Source: Nitrospirota bacterium
GTDB taxonomy: Bacteria; Nitrospirota; Nitrospiria; JACRHA01
NCBI GenBank assembly: GCA_016234185.1
Contig: JACRHA010000056.1
Location: 5,553 to 69,552 of the forward strand
Direction of reading: 5' to 3'
Length of the DNA stretch: 64,000 bases
Positions within the stretch are counted from its first letter, which is position 1; each line of letters opens with the position of its first letter. Below are positions 29,694 through 40,102 of this stretch, one piece after another. The notes below the pieces were generated by a model. That model made no database searches. It worked only from the letters and a program-made list of their open reading frames with translations, and was not told the origin of the DNA. Position numbers and translations under genes: made by a program.

Positions 29694-30818
29694 TTATTCT
29701 TCATGGCCCGTATCACCCTTAGGCATTTCAAGAGATGCCGAAATAGATGCCGAAAGGGATGTCTCCAATTCCTCAATGCTTGGCAGATTCCCTTTAAGAT
29801 TCTTCGGCAAGGTCTCTGTAAGTTTATATCCGGATACACCAATCGGTTTCCTGGTATCGCGCAGGGCGTATTCCACAATCACCCTGTTTTTGGCCTTGCA
29901 CAGGATTATGCCGATGCTCGGCTGGTCGTCTTTATGGCGCAGAATGTCATCCACCGCGGAAAGGTAAAAATTCATCTTGCCCGCATATTCGGGCTGGAAT
30001 TCTCCTACCTTGAGATCAATGACAACGAAACAACGCAGGCGGAGATGATAGAATAGAATGTCAATATAAAAATCTTCGTTTCCTATCTCCAAATGGTATT
30101 GGCTGCCGACAAAAGCGAACCCGACGCCCAGCTCGAGCAGGAATGAACGTATCTGCTCCAGGAGGGCCCTTTCCAAGTCCCGTTCTTTTGCCTCTTCACC
30201 GATGCTCAAGAAGTCAAAAACATACGGGTCTTTCAATACCTGCCTGGCAAGCTCGGATTGAGGTGCAGGTAGGGTGTGGTCAAAATTGGTGATGGCCTTT
30301 CCCTGTCTTTTATAAAGACCGCTCTCTATCTGATGCACAAGAACATTACGAGACCAACCGTGCTGGATGGTCTGGTGCATATACCATTCGCGCTCTGCCA
30401 GGTCCTTGACCTTGTCCAGCAGGATGCAGTTGTGGAACCATGGAATTTGTCCAGCAACCTGCTGGACAATTGAGCCATTGGGGTATGCCTCGGCGAATGC
30501 CCGCATATAGAGTAGGTTTGCCCGCGAGAAGCCCTTCATAACGGGGAAAGCGCTTCGAAGGTCTCGCGCTAAACGCTCGACTACCTTTGCTCCCCAGCCA
30601 TAGGCCTTCTGCTGTTCTATGATGCGCCGGCCAACCTCCCAGTAGAGCAGGACCAATTCGCGGTTGGCCGCAAGCCCTGCACGTATCTGAGCGGTGCGTA
30701 TCCGCGCCTTGAGTTCTTCGAGCAGTTCCGAGTAGCCCGTAGGCGCCTTTATGAATTGTGCAACAGCCCTTTGCACAATTTCTGATTTGGATTTTTTGAT
30801 TTTCCTTTTATCCGCCAT
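29694..30818 (-). CDS. yhcG: YhcG/DUF1016 PDDEXK-nuclease domain protein
   Basis: N-terminal YWEVGRRI...GFSRANLLYMRAFAEAY DUF1016 region. C-terminal PD-(D/E)xK-like core. Confidence 0.8.
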   Translation of the reverse strand: MADKRKIKKSKSEIVQRAVAQFIKAPTGYSELLEELKARIRTAQIRAGLAANRELVLLYWEVGRRIIEQQKAYGWGAKVVERLARDLRSAFPVMKGFSRANLLYMRAFAEAYPNGSIVQQVAGQIPWFHNCILLDKVKDLAEREWYMHQTIQHGWSRNVLVHQIESGLYKRQGKAITNFDHTLPAPQSELARQVLKDPYVFDFLSIGEEAKERDLERALLEQIRSFLLELGVGFAFVGSQYHLEIGNEDFYIDILFYHLRLRCFVVIDLKVGEFQPEYAGKMNFYLSAVDDILRHKDDQPSIGIILCKAKNRVIVEYALRDTRKPIGVSGYKLTETLPKNLKGNLPSIEELETSLSASISASLEMPKGDTGHEE

Positions 30819-30918
30819 ATCCCAGCCTCTTCAGATTTTTCTTTATGATTGCTTCAAGCTTATCCGACTCGGTAAACTGTTCATGTAATTGTGCCATCAG
30901 CCGCTTCATCTTCTCCTC

Positions 30919-31353
30919 TTATTTTAAGGAACCCAGGTTCAATACCGCCATGGTAATCCTTGAGATGCAGACCAGTTTATCCTTCTCGTTTTGAATCCTG
31001 ATATCCCATAATTGTGTAGTAGCTCCGATATGTACAGGCATGGCTACCCCGTATACAAAGCCGGATCTAACCTGTCGGATATGGTTGGCATTTATTTCTA
31101 ACCCCACGCACATCTTCCTGTTTCTATCCACACAAAGGTTGGCCGCCATGCTCCCCAGGGTCTCTGCCAGGGCAACTGATGCACCGCCATGCAGGATGCC
31201 CGCCGGCTGTTTGGTCCTGTGATCTACAGGCATCCTGGCCTTAATATAATCACTCCCTATCTCCAGGAATTCGATCCCGAGGTGATCAACCATAGTCTTC
31301 ATGTACAGGTTATTCAGATCTTCCGGCGTAACCTTTTTAAACCAGATAGACAT
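30919..31353 (-). CDS. PaaI/YbgC-type hotdog-fold thioesterase
   Basis: GILHGGASVALAE hotdog active-site region. Confidence 0.75.
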   Translation of the reverse strand: MSIWFKKVTPEDLNNLYMKTMVDHLGIEFLEIGSDYIKARMPVDHRTKQPAGILHGGASVALAETLGSMAANLCVDRNRKMCVGLEINANHIRQVRSGFVYGVAMPVHIGATTQLWDIRIQNEKDKLVCISRITMAVLNLGSLK

Positions 31354-31421
31354 ATTGCATGACCCCCCTTTCTTCCCTCTCCGCCCTTTGTTATAATCCA
31401 GTTTATCCGGTGAGTCAATAT

Positions 31422-31847
31422 ATGTCTAATTCATCTGTCAGTACTGAAAAATGGAAGACCCTTGAAAAACGCCTCCAAAAATTAGGCATCAGCGAAGATG
31501 ACCTTGAGGAACGCTTTGTACGCTCAAGCGGCCATGGCGGCCAGAACGTAAACAAGGTCTCAACCTGTGTTATGCTGATCCATCGCCCCTCCGGGCTTTT
31601 AGTACGCTGTCAGGAGGCCCGCACCCAGGGGATGAACAGATACATTGCAAGAAGGCGCCTGGCTGAGAAGATGGAAGAGATGCTTTTAGGCGCAGAAAGC
31701 AGGCGCCGGCAGGAGATCGAGAAGATCCGAAGGCAGAAAAGAAGGCGAAGCAAGCGAGCCAAAGAGAAAATGCTTGAGGAGAAACATCACCGTGCAGGGA
31801 TCAAGAGGGCTAGAAGGATGGCCGGGGAAGGATCTGATCTTGACTAG
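31422..31847 (+). CDS. arfB: ArfB-like peptidyl-tRNA hydrolase / RF-1 domain protein
   Basis: GGQ motif (SSGHGGQNVNKVSTCV) plus a highly basic C-terminal tail, about 140 aa from the ATG at 31422. Confidence 0.65.
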   Translation: MSNSSVSTEKWKTLEKRLQKLGISEDDLEERFVRSSGHGGQNVNKVSTCVMLIHRPSGLLVRCQEARTQGMNRYIARRRLAEKMEEMLLGAESRRRQEIEKIRRQKRRRSKRAKEKMLEEKHHRAGIKRARRMAGEGSDLD

Positions 31848-32003
31848 CGATTTTAGCGGGGTTTATAATAAAAATATAAAGAGTGGTACAGATTTAGCGG
31901 TCCACTAGATTCTGCCTATTAACTGGAAGGTTTTGAGTCTCAAAAAGATCCTCGAGTAGTTTTCGGATACGATTGAATCATCTGATCTTGGAGGTATGTC
32001 ATC

Positions 32004-32501
32004 ATGAAGAGCGGAAGAATCATTACTGCAATAATGGTTCTTATTATAATATCCTTGTCTGGATGTGTGGCAAGGGAGCGCTACATGGAGCTTTTGGATG
32101 AGGCAAAGACATATCAAAAGAATCTCCAGAAGGAACAGACCAGGAATAACGAACTTTCCAAAAAGGTCTCTGATCTTGAAAAGACAGCAGCCGGCGTTAC
32201 AGCAGACAGGACAACTGAGATAGAAAGGTTAAGAGATGAACTGGCAAGGGTGAAAAGTGATGCAGAAAGGGCAGGAGAACTTAGTAAGAGACTGGCTGAC
32301 CTTAATCTTGAGATAGACCATCTCAAGGCATCTTTGCAGGGAAGGGAAGCCATATTAAAAGAAGAGATAGAGAGGCTCAGGATCCAGATAGCATCCCAGA
32401 GGGATGAGGCAGCGCGAAGGGAAATGGAGCTTGCCGCAATTAGAGAGAAGTATGAGGATATGATCATAGGCATAGTTAATAAAATGACCAAAGGTGAATA
32501 G
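32004..32501 (+). CDS. Coiled-coil lipoprotein (hypothetical)
   Basis: Lipobox LSGC, then heptad-rich charged sequence. Confidence 0.45.
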   Translation: MKSGRIITAIMVLIIISLSGCVARERYMELLDEAKTYQKNLQKEQTRNNELSKKVSDLEKTAAGVTADRTTEIERLRDELARVKSDAERAGELSKRLADLNLEIDHLKASLQGREAILKEEIERLRIQIASQRDEAARREMELAAIREKYEDMIIGIVNKMTKGE

Positions 32502-33330
32502 GTTTTCTATGATACCAAAAAAAAGAATAAGAATAGTGCCGGTCTTGATTGTTTTTCTCTTGATCACCTTTTTTGGCTCAGATCAGGTACTTGCCAGGGA
32601 TCTTTTCATGGAAGAGGAAGAGGCACCGCAAATCTTTGGAGTCACACTAGGGATTGAAACCGGTATTACATCCAGGAATATTGTAGAGGAGGATCCCGTA
32701 TTCGCAGGCTTCAAGGTGAGCGGAGATGCAGTTTCAACAAGATTCCTGGCAAAGATCGGATTGAGATTCTTCGACAGGTTCGAGATCTACGGCAAGGGGG
32801 GCGGCGCAGACCTTTCTATATCTGATTTCAACGATTTTGATGCAAGACCGGCGCCTGCCTACGGAGGAGGTTTAAGGATTGATCTTTACCAGGGTCCAAG
32901 ACCCGAAGGAATAAAGTTGTTTTTAGATAGCAATTTCCTCTATTTTGTCGTTAAAGATAGGATCCAGATACTGGATTGCCCTCTAACTTCTTGCGCGGAC
33001 TCAGACCTTCTCCCAAGGATGGCGGATGAGAAGATAAGCTGGAGGGAGGGGACTATATCAGCAGGAGGGAGCTTCAGACATGACTATTTTGAGCCCTATG
33101 GCGGGGTAAGGCTATCATTTGTACGGGGGGATGATATACTTGAAGTTAAGGAGGATGCTAATTTCCCTGATCCATTGAAACTAAAAGTTGACCTAGATGA
33201 GGATAACAATTTTGGCATCTTCTTTGGTACAAACATATATCTTGACAGGAGCGATAAAAGCGCAATAAGCCTCGAGTTCTCTGCCATTGATCAGCTTGCA
33301 TTCATAGCAGGATTCAAGGCAGCTTTTTAA
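32494..33330 (+). CDS. Putative outer-membrane beta-barrel protein (hypothetical)
   Basis: Signal peptide, alternating amphipathic strands, C-terminal ...FKAAF. Confidence 0.4.
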   Translation: MNRFSMIPKKRIRIVPVLIVFLLITFFGSDQVLARDLFMEEEEAPQIFGVTLGIETGITSRNIVEEDPVFAGFKVSGDAVSTRFLAKIGLRFFDRFEIYGKGGGADLSISDFNDFDARPAPAYGGGLRIDLYQGPRPEGIKLFLDSNFLYFVVKDRIQILDCPLTSCADSDLLPRMADEKISWREGTISAGGSFRHDYFEPYGGVRLSFVRGDDILEVKEDANFPDPLKLKVDLDEDNNFGIFFGTNIYLDRSDKSAISLEFSAIDQLAFIAGFKAAF

Positions 33331-33345
33331 AACTAGCTTTAAGAG

Positions 33346-33699
33346 GTGAAGGTTATGCTTAAGAAATATCTATATCGGCTGGTGATCTTGATGATCGGGA
33401 TTACAGTGATTTTTATCATGACCGGTTGCCATGCCACCCAGTCAGGCTATATATATGATGAGAACTACCCATATCCATATCCGGCAAACTACTATCCCTA
33501 TTATTATCCATACCCCTATTTCTATCCGCATGTCTTCTTCGGGAGCGATATCCTGATCATTCAATCCAACAGGGACGGGTCAGGCCAATCTACTGACGAA
33601 GGTATAGGCGGAAGGGTATTGAGGAGCGGGCCATCGGGTTCTGGCGGGAGAAGTTTATCTTCCAACTCATCAGCGGGAAAGCGGAGCCTGGAGAGATAG
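33346..33699 (+). CDS. Small Tyr/Pro-rich lipoprotein (hypothetical)
   Basis: Lipobox MTGC, then a YPYPYPANYYPYYYPYPYFYPH low-complexity region. Confidence 0.4.
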   Translation: MKVMLKKYLYRLVILMIGITVIFIMTGCHATQSGYIYDENYPYPYPANYYPYYYPYPYFYPHVFFGSDILIIQSNRDGSGQSTDEGIGGRVLRSGPSGSGGRSLSSNSSAGKRSLER

Positions 33700-33712
33700 T
33701 CATTTCCTGGCA

Positions 33713-34666
33713 TTAGCCCCCGCCAAAGACCCCCATGTTACGGTACTTCTCGTGTCTCAATCTGCTTAGATCTTCAACCGGAATACCATCCAGGTTGGCC
33801 AGATGATCTTCAAGTGATTTTTTCAGGTTTTCTGCCATAAGCACAGGATCCCTATGGGCACCGCCTTCCGGCTCCTGGATAATTGCATCTATTATACCAA
33901 GCCCGATCAGGTCCCTTGCTGTCATCTTTAATGCCTCTGATGCCTCAGCGGCCTTTGATCCATCCTTCCAGAGGATTGCGGCGCACCCTTCAGGAGAAAT
34001 AACGGAATATACTGCATTTTCAAGCATTAATACCCTGTCCCCCACCCCAAGGGCCAGTGCACCGCCGCTCCCGCCCTCCCCAACAATAACGGCAATGATC
34101 GGGACACTGAGCGAGATCATGGTGATAAGATTCCTTGCTATCGCCTCAGCCTGTCCCCTTTCTTCCGCCCCCATACCGGGATAGGCCCCAGGAGTATCTA
34201 TAAGGGTGACAACGGACATATTAAACCTCTCAGCCATCTTCATAAGACGCAAGGCCTTTCTGTAACCCTCCGGATTTGGCATTCCAAAGTTCCTGAATAC
34301 CTTCTCCCTTACACCCTTTCCCTTCTGCGTTCCGATCAGAAAGATACGCCTGGCCCCTAGTCTGCATATCCCGCCTATGATAGCCGGATCATCAGAAAAT
34401 AACCGGTCTCCATGCAGCTCTGTGAAGTCCTGGAAGATCATGGAAATATACTCCTGAGTACCGGGACGGTTTGGATGCCTTGCAATCTGAACCCTCTGCC
34501 ATGGATTTAACGCGGAATATACCTCTTCTCTTAATTCAACTGCCTTCCTTTCAAGCTTCATTATCTCATTGAGCAGAGAGGGATCCTTATCTAATATACC
34601 CTTTAATTTCTCTATCTTCTCCTCTACCTCTCCAATCGGTTTTTCAAATTCCAGATAATCCTTCAT
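33713..34666 (-). CDS. accA: Acetyl-CoA carboxylase carboxyltransferase subunit alpha
   Basis: MKDYLEFEKPI...RHPNRP...GGAYPG... typical AccA. Confidence 0.9.
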   Translation of the reverse strand: MKDYLEFEKPIGEVEEKIEKLKGILDKDPSLLNEIMKLERKAVELREEVYSALNPWQRVQIARHPNRPGTQEYISMIFQDFTELHGDRLFSDDPAIIGGICRLGARRIFLIGTQKGKGVREKVFRNFGMPNPEGYRKALRLMKMAERFNMSVVTLIDTPGAYPGMGAEERGQAEAIARNLITMISLSVPIIAVIVGEGGSGGALALGVGDRVLMLENAVYSVISPEGCAAILWKDGSKAAEASEALKMTARDLIGLGIIDAIIQEPEGGAHRDPVLMAENLKKSLEDHLANLDGIPVEDLSRLRHEKYRNMGVFGGG

Positions 34667-34674
34667 CCGTCCCC

Positions 34675-37600
34675 CTATGTAAATGATACCGTGCCTTTTC
34701 CAAAAGAGGTCTCTATTGCCAAAACAAAGGAATCTGTCGGACTGACCTTGAGGTTTTCATCAACAGCAATAACCGACTCATGCTGATCAGGATGGTGAAT
34801 CCTGAGATAAACCAGGCAGTCCCCCTGATACCTGCAAAGTATCTTTTTAAGATTAATTAAATCCGGCGCTTTAATCCCTTCAGAGTTCAGCGAGATATCA
34901 ACCCTGCTGACAGGCTTTAAAAGTGCATCGGAAAGGAGTTCCATATCCTTTGCCCTTATCTTTGCCCCCTTTTCTCCCCTGTCGATCCAGCCTGATACGA
35001 GGAGAGGTGCATCTGCCAGAATGAGGGTAGAAACCTTCTTGAAGAGCTCGGGAAAGATAATAACCTCAAATGAACCATGCAGGTCTTCAACCTGAACATA
35101 GGCCATCTTCTCTCCCCTTTTTGTATTTATCACCTTTTTGCCGCCTATTATACCGCATATCGTTACCCTGCTGCCATCAGGCATACTGCCCACATCCTCA
35201 GACATAGAAACAGAAAACCTCTTAAGTTCAGACTCATATCTTGCCAGGGGGTGGCTGGTGACATAGAATCCAACCGACTCCTTTTCGTTTCTTAGTATCT
35301 GTGTCTCATCCCATTCAGGCATATCAGGCAGTTTCTCTTCTGCCGCAAAAGAACCGTTGTCAGGGCCGTCGGAAATAGAAGGAGAGAAGATATTTATCTG
35401 GCCGTTTGTCCTCTCCCTCTGAATGGTTACACCTTCTTCCATGGCCCTCTCCATAACCTCCATAAGCTGGGATCTCTTCGCCCCGGTAGAGTCAAAGGCG
35501 CCGCTCTTTATAAGGCCCTCTATGACCCGGCGGTTTACCTTTCGCAGATCAACCCGCCGGCAGAAGTCAAAGATCGACTTGAACCTTCCCCCCTCTTCCC
35601 TGGCAGTGATAATAGATTCAATGGCAATTGAACCCACATTCTTAATTGCGGCAAGTCCAAACCTGATTCCGTGCGAAATTGCCGTAAAATCATTATAACT
35701 CTCATTCACATCCGGCGGCAGGATCGCAATCCCCATATCTCTGCAAGCCCTGATATACCCGACAATTTTATCTGAATTCCCCATTTCGCTTGAGAGCATT
35801 GCCGTCATAAATTCAACAGGATAATGGGCCTTAAGATATGCGGTCTGATAGGATATCAGGGCATAGGCGGCACTGTGGGACTTATTGAAGCCATAACCTG
35901 CAAAATAGGCCATCTGGTCAAATATCTTTTCAGCCTTCTTTTCATCAATCCCTCTTTTAATAGCACCTTTTATAAAGTCTTCTTTCTGCCTGGCCATTTC
36001 CTCCGGCTTTTTCTTGCCCATGGCCCTTCTTAAGATATCTGCATCACCCAGCGAGAACCCTGCGAGAAGGTTGGCGACCTTCATCACCTGCTCCTGATAC
36101 ACCATCACACCATAGGTCTCTTCGAGGATATCCTTAAGATCAGGGGTTTCATATTCGATCCTTACATCCCCGCGCTTTCTCTTAATGAAGTCGTCTATCA
36201 TGCCGCTCCCTATCGGGCCAGGGCGATAGAGCGCCAGGATAGCTATAATCTCCTCAAACCTTTCCGGCCCCATCTTTGTAAGGATATCCCTCATTCCGGA
36301 ACTTTCAAGCTGGAATACCCCGGCTGTATCTCCTGAAGAGAGGAGCCTGTAGGTCTCCTTATCATCAAGCGGTATATCGGTTATCATGAGACTGTCCTGC
36401 TTCCCCTTGTTTATCAACTTTACAGCCTTATCAATCACTGTCAGGGTTTTTAAGCCCAGGAAGTCGAATTTAATCAGGCCGATCTTTTCTATCGCCTCCA
36501 TCGAATATTGGGTTACAATTTCACCCTTCGTCCCTCTGTACAGGGGGAGGTGTTCCATTATGGGTGCGTCTGATATGACTATGCCTGCGGCATGGGTTGA
36601 GGCGTGTCTTGTCAGCCCCTCAAGTTCCTTTGCAATTGATATAAGTTCGCTGATCTTCTGATTCTGCTCTATCAATTCCCTGAGCTTAGGTTCAGCGTCT
36701 ATCGCTTCATCTATGGTTATATTGAGTGTATTTGGAACAAGCTTGGCAACTTTATCCACCTCTATATAGGGGATCTCAAGGGCCCTGCCAACGTCCCTGA
36801 TAGCGCCCTTTGCAGCCATAGTCCCGAACGTAATGATCTGGGATACGTGGTCTGACCCGAATCTTTCTATAACATGGGCTATCACCTCGTCGCGCCTCTC
36901 CATGCAGAAGTCGATATCTATGTCAGGCAGCGTGATCCTTTCAGGATTTAAAAACCTCTCAAATATAAGGCCATATGCCAGTGGATCTATATCTGTAATC
37001 CTGAGGGAGAAGGCAACAAGGCTCCCTGCCGCAGAACCCCTGCCGGGTCCGACAGGGATACCGCTTGATTTTGCGTGGTTTACTATATCCCAAACAATAA
37101 GAAAATATCCTGCATAGCCCATCTTGTTTATTATATTAAGCTCTATATCCAGCCTGTCTTCATATAATTTAGGATCGATATCGCCGACCTTTTCAGACAG
37201 CCTCTGTTTTAGTCCCTTCCTTGTCAGCTCTTCCATGTATCCTTCCTTTGTATAACCCTCAGGAACGCTGTATTGCGGAAGATGGAACTTGCCGAAGGTT
37301 AGATCAAGTGAGACCATATCGGCAATCCTTCTCGTATTTGCAATGGCTTCGGGGACATCCTTAAAGGAGTTCTTCATCTCGGCGGGAGACTTAAAGTAAA
37401 ATTGGTCTGTCTGCATCTTAAGCCTGTCGGTATCGGATATCGTCTTTCCTGTCTGAAGACAGAGGAGGATATCATGGGCCCTGGAATCCTCCCTCTTAAG
37501 ATAGTGACAATCATTTGTAGCCACAAGGGGTATGGACAACTTTTTGGAGATCCGGATAAGTTCGCGATTCAGGGTCTTCTGCTCCTCTATGCCATTATCC

Positions 37601-38139
37601 TGGATCTCAAGGAAATAGTTCCCCTTTCCCATAATCTCCTCGTATCTTATTGCCGTACACTCCGCTTCATCATGCATGCCACGGGAGATTAAAGAGGAGA
37701 CCTCGCCCTTCATACAGCTGCTTAAGGCCACGAGCCCCTCCCTGTACCTCAATAAAAGTTCTTTATCGATCCTCGGCTTATAATAGAAGCCTTCTGTCTG
37801 GGCATAGCTAATCAGCTTTATAAGGTTTCTGTAGCCTACCAGATCCTTTGCAAGGAGGATCAGGTGAAAAGATGAGTGGGACACATCTGATGATGGGGTC
37901 CTGTCCAGTCTGCTGCCCGGGGCTATGTAGACCTCTGATCCGATAATAGGCTTTATGCCCTGGCTCCTGGCCTTCTGGTAGAAATCTATAGCCCCAAACA
38001 TATTCCCATGGTCGGTAATGGCAAGGGCCGGCATGCCGTATTTCTTTGCCTCGGAGAGGACCTGGTCAATCTGGATCGCACCATCCAAGAGACTATACTG
38101 GGTATGCATATGCAGGTGTACAAAATCTGACTGATCCAT
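34675..38139 (-). CDS. dnaE: DNA polymerase III subunit alpha
   Basis: PHP domain (HLHMHTQYSLLDGA), polymerase core and OB-fold, 1154 aa. Confidence 0.95.
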   Translation of the reverse strand: MDQSDFVHLHMHTQYSLLDGAIQIDQVLSEAKKYGMPALAITDHGNMFGAIDFYQKARSQGIKPIIGSEVYIAPGSRLDRTPSSDVSHSSFHLILLAKDLVGYRNLIKLISYAQTEGFYYKPRIDKELLLRYREGLVALSSCMKGEVSSLISRGMHDEAECTAIRYEEIMGKGNYFLEIQDNGIEEQKTLNRELIRISKKLSIPLVATNDCHYLKREDSRAHDILLCLQTGKTISDTDRLKMQTDQFYFKSPAEMKNSFKDVPEAIANTRRIADMVSLDLTFGKFHLPQYSVPEGYTKEGYMEELTRKGLKQRLSEKVGDIDPKLYEDRLDIELNIINKMGYAGYFLIVWDIVNHAKSSGIPVGPGRGSAAGSLVAFSLRITDIDPLAYGLIFERFLNPERITLPDIDIDFCMERRDEVIAHVIERFGSDHVSQIITFGTMAAKGAIRDVGRALEIPYIEVDKVAKLVPNTLNITIDEAIDAEPKLRELIEQNQKISELISIAKELEGLTRHASTHAAGIVISDAPIMEHLPLYRGTKGEIVTQYSMEAIEKIGLIKFDFLGLKTLTVIDKAVKLINKGKQDSLMITDIPLDDKETYRLLSSGDTAGVFQLESSGMRDILTKMGPERFEEIIAILALYRPGPIGSGMIDDFIKRKRGDVRIEYETPDLKDILEETYGVMVYQEQVMKVANLLAGFSLGDADILRRAMGKKKPEEMARQKEDFIKGAIKRGIDEKKAEKIFDQMAYFAGYGFNKSHSAAYALISYQTAYLKAHYPVEFMTAMLSSEMGNSDKIVGYIRACRDMGIAILPPDVNESYNDFTAISHGIRFGLAAIKNVGSIAIESIITAREEGGRFKSIFDFCRRVDLRKVNRRVIEGLIKSGAFDSTGAKRSQLMEVMERAMEEGVTIQRERTNGQINIFSPSISDGPDNGSFAAEEKLPDMPEWDETQILRNEKESVGFYVTSHPLARYESELKRFSVSMSEDVGSMPDGSRVTICGIIGGKKVINTKRGEKMAYVQVEDLHGSFEVIIFPELFKKVSTLILADAPLLVSGWIDRGEKGAKIRAKDMELLSDALLKPVSRVDISLNSEGIKAPDLINLKKILCRYQGDCLVYLRIHHPDQHESVIAVDENLKVSPTDSFVLAIETSFGKGTVSFT

Positions 38140-38903
38140 TATTTAAAATCCCTCCTCTGAAAGATTATTACAGAAGACAATAAGATCATAGTTATATACA
38201 GGAGACCGTAAAGGACAGACATGACAATAAAGGAGGGATCCAGCGCGATATTATGGACTACCTCTCCCTTTATATTAAAGTTCTCCAGGTTAGGAAGTAT
38301 ATAATACAGGGCATCCATCATGAATACCATTACCGGGTTCCCGAGTTTTGCAGCAAATGCCTTCAGGTCTCCTAATAAGTGTCCAATAACATATATAGAT
38401 ATGGTAAAGATAGCGCTTAATGCAGATGTGGTAAAGGTCGAAAACATCAGGGCAACCGCAGTAACGACCATCATTTCAACATAGATCAATAAAATAGCCT
38501 TAATCATATCAGGGGTAATATTGTATGACATGATTAAAAGTACCGCAAAAAAACCTATCACCATAATCGATGTATTCACAAACAGGGTTATAAGCAGACC
38601 GAGATATTTCCCAAGGAGGAACTGATATCTGTAAATAGGCTTTGATATGATTGTATAAATAGTCTTTTTTTCTATCTCTTTGCTTACAAGTCCTATTCCA
38701 ACAAAGATTGCAATTAAGATGCCGAAGATATTGATGCTGGCCAGACCGATATCCATTATGATCTTGGATTGCTCCCCTATAGTCAGGGTGCTCAATAAAA
38801 CGGATGAGCCGATCATCAGGAGGGCAAAAAAGAGGAGGTTATAGAGAACCTTCTCCCTGACAGTCTCCCTGAAGGTATTTAAGGCAATTACAACTATCTT
38901 CAT
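38139..38903 (-). CDS. ABC-2 type transporter permease
   Basis: Six-TM protein downstream of the ABC ATPase. Confidence 0.7.
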   Translation of the reverse strand: MKIVVIALNTFRETVREKVLYNLLFFALLMIGSSVLLSTLTIGEQSKIIMDIGLASINIFGILIAIFVGIGLVSKEIEKKTIYTIISKPIYRYQFLLGKYLGLLITLFVNTSIMVIGFFAVLLIMSYNITPDMIKAILLIYVEMMVVTAVALMFSTFTTSALSAIFTISIYVIGHLLGDLKAFAAKLGNPVMVFMMDALYYILPNLENFNIKGEVVHNIALDPSFIVMSVLYGLLYITMILLSSVIIFQRRDFK

Positions 38904-38909
38904 GGCAGC

Positions 38910-39818
38910 CTAATTTGTACCTACCTCTTTTATAAAGTAGTCCTCCAGGGATTCCTTCTGGGGGATAATGGAGATGACCTTTCCATTCATTTTGCTGGTA
39001 AGCTCAATTACCTCATTTACCTGCTGTTCATTACCCAATCTCATAATAATCCTGTCACCTGCCGTCATGACCCCTTTATCTATTTTTGATACAACCTCCG
39101 CTCCGACCCCCTCGGCAATGACCTCTATATATTTCAATCTGGCCTCAAGGATCTCATCCAGCCTGCCAACATTTATAAGCTTTCCTCTGTTTAATATCCC
39201 TACCCTGTCACAGATCATCTCGGCATCAGAAAGTATATGGGAGCTGAAGAATACCGTCTTGCCATCGCTTCTTAATTTAAGGATGATATCCCTTATCTCC
39301 CTCCTGCCGATCGGATCCAATCCTGACATCGGCTCATCAAGGATTACCAGTCTGGGGTCATTGATCAATGCCTGGGCTATCCCTATCCTCTGGAGCATAC
39401 CTTTTGAAAACTTTCCGAGCGGGAGGTGCCTGTTGTCTGATAATCCTACCATCTCTAATAATCTTTCTATCCGGCCCTTCAGCAGGTTCTTTTCTATCTC
39501 GAAAAGCCCGCCATAAAATCGCAGAAATTCATGGGCTGTAAGATAGTCGTAAAAGTATGGGGCCTCAGGAAGAAAGCCTATTTCCTTTTTTACAGCCGCG
39601 TTGGTTAGTTCCCTTCCCAGGAGCCATGCCCTGCCTGAGGTAGGGTAGATGAGGCCCATCAAAAGTTTGAGGGTAGTGGTTTTACCTGCCCCGTTTGGAC
39701 CCAGGAACCCGAATATCTCTTTTTCATTCACCTGGAGGTTTAGATAAGAGAGGGCCGTAACCTTCCTGCCCCAGAAGCCCACCCTGAAGACCTTTGTCAG
39801 TCCCTCTGTCCTGATCAT
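38910..39818 (-). CDS. ABC transporter ATP-binding protein
   Basis: Walker A GPNGAGKTT, signature LSKGMLQRIGIA, Walker B ILDEP. Confidence 0.85.
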   Translation of the reverse strand: MIRTEGLTKVFRVGFWGRKVTALSYLNLQVNEKEIFGFLGPNGAGKTTTLKLLMGLIYPTSGRAWLLGRELTNAAVKKEIGFLPEAPYFYDYLTAHEFLRFYGGLFEIEKNLLKGRIERLLEMVGLSDNRHLPLGKFSKGMLQRIGIAQALINDPRLVILDEPMSGLDPIGRREIRDIILKLRSDGKTVFFSSHILSDAEMICDRVGILNRGKLINVGRLDEILEARLKYIEVIAEGVGAEVVSKIDKGVMTAGDRIIMRLGNEQQVNEVIELTSKMNGKVISIIPQKESLEDYFIKEVGTN

Positions 39819-40102
39819 AATCTTATTGATAAAGGGTCAAATTCATTCAATGAATTTACACCAGTTGAGGGGGGAAAGGCAAGATCACAATTAAATTTCC
39901 CTCGGCTCTATTAAGAGCTTAACACCCTATTAACCCTGGATAAGGTCATCTCTGACAAGATAGCGGATTATGGTATTGGCGTCAGGAAAACTTCTTGCGG
40001 GTTTTCTCACGGACAGCCTCCTCCCAGGGTTATGCGTGCCCAAAAATTCATCGGCCTTATTGCGTAAATCCTCATAACTGTGAATGGGTATTTGGTCATT
40101 AT

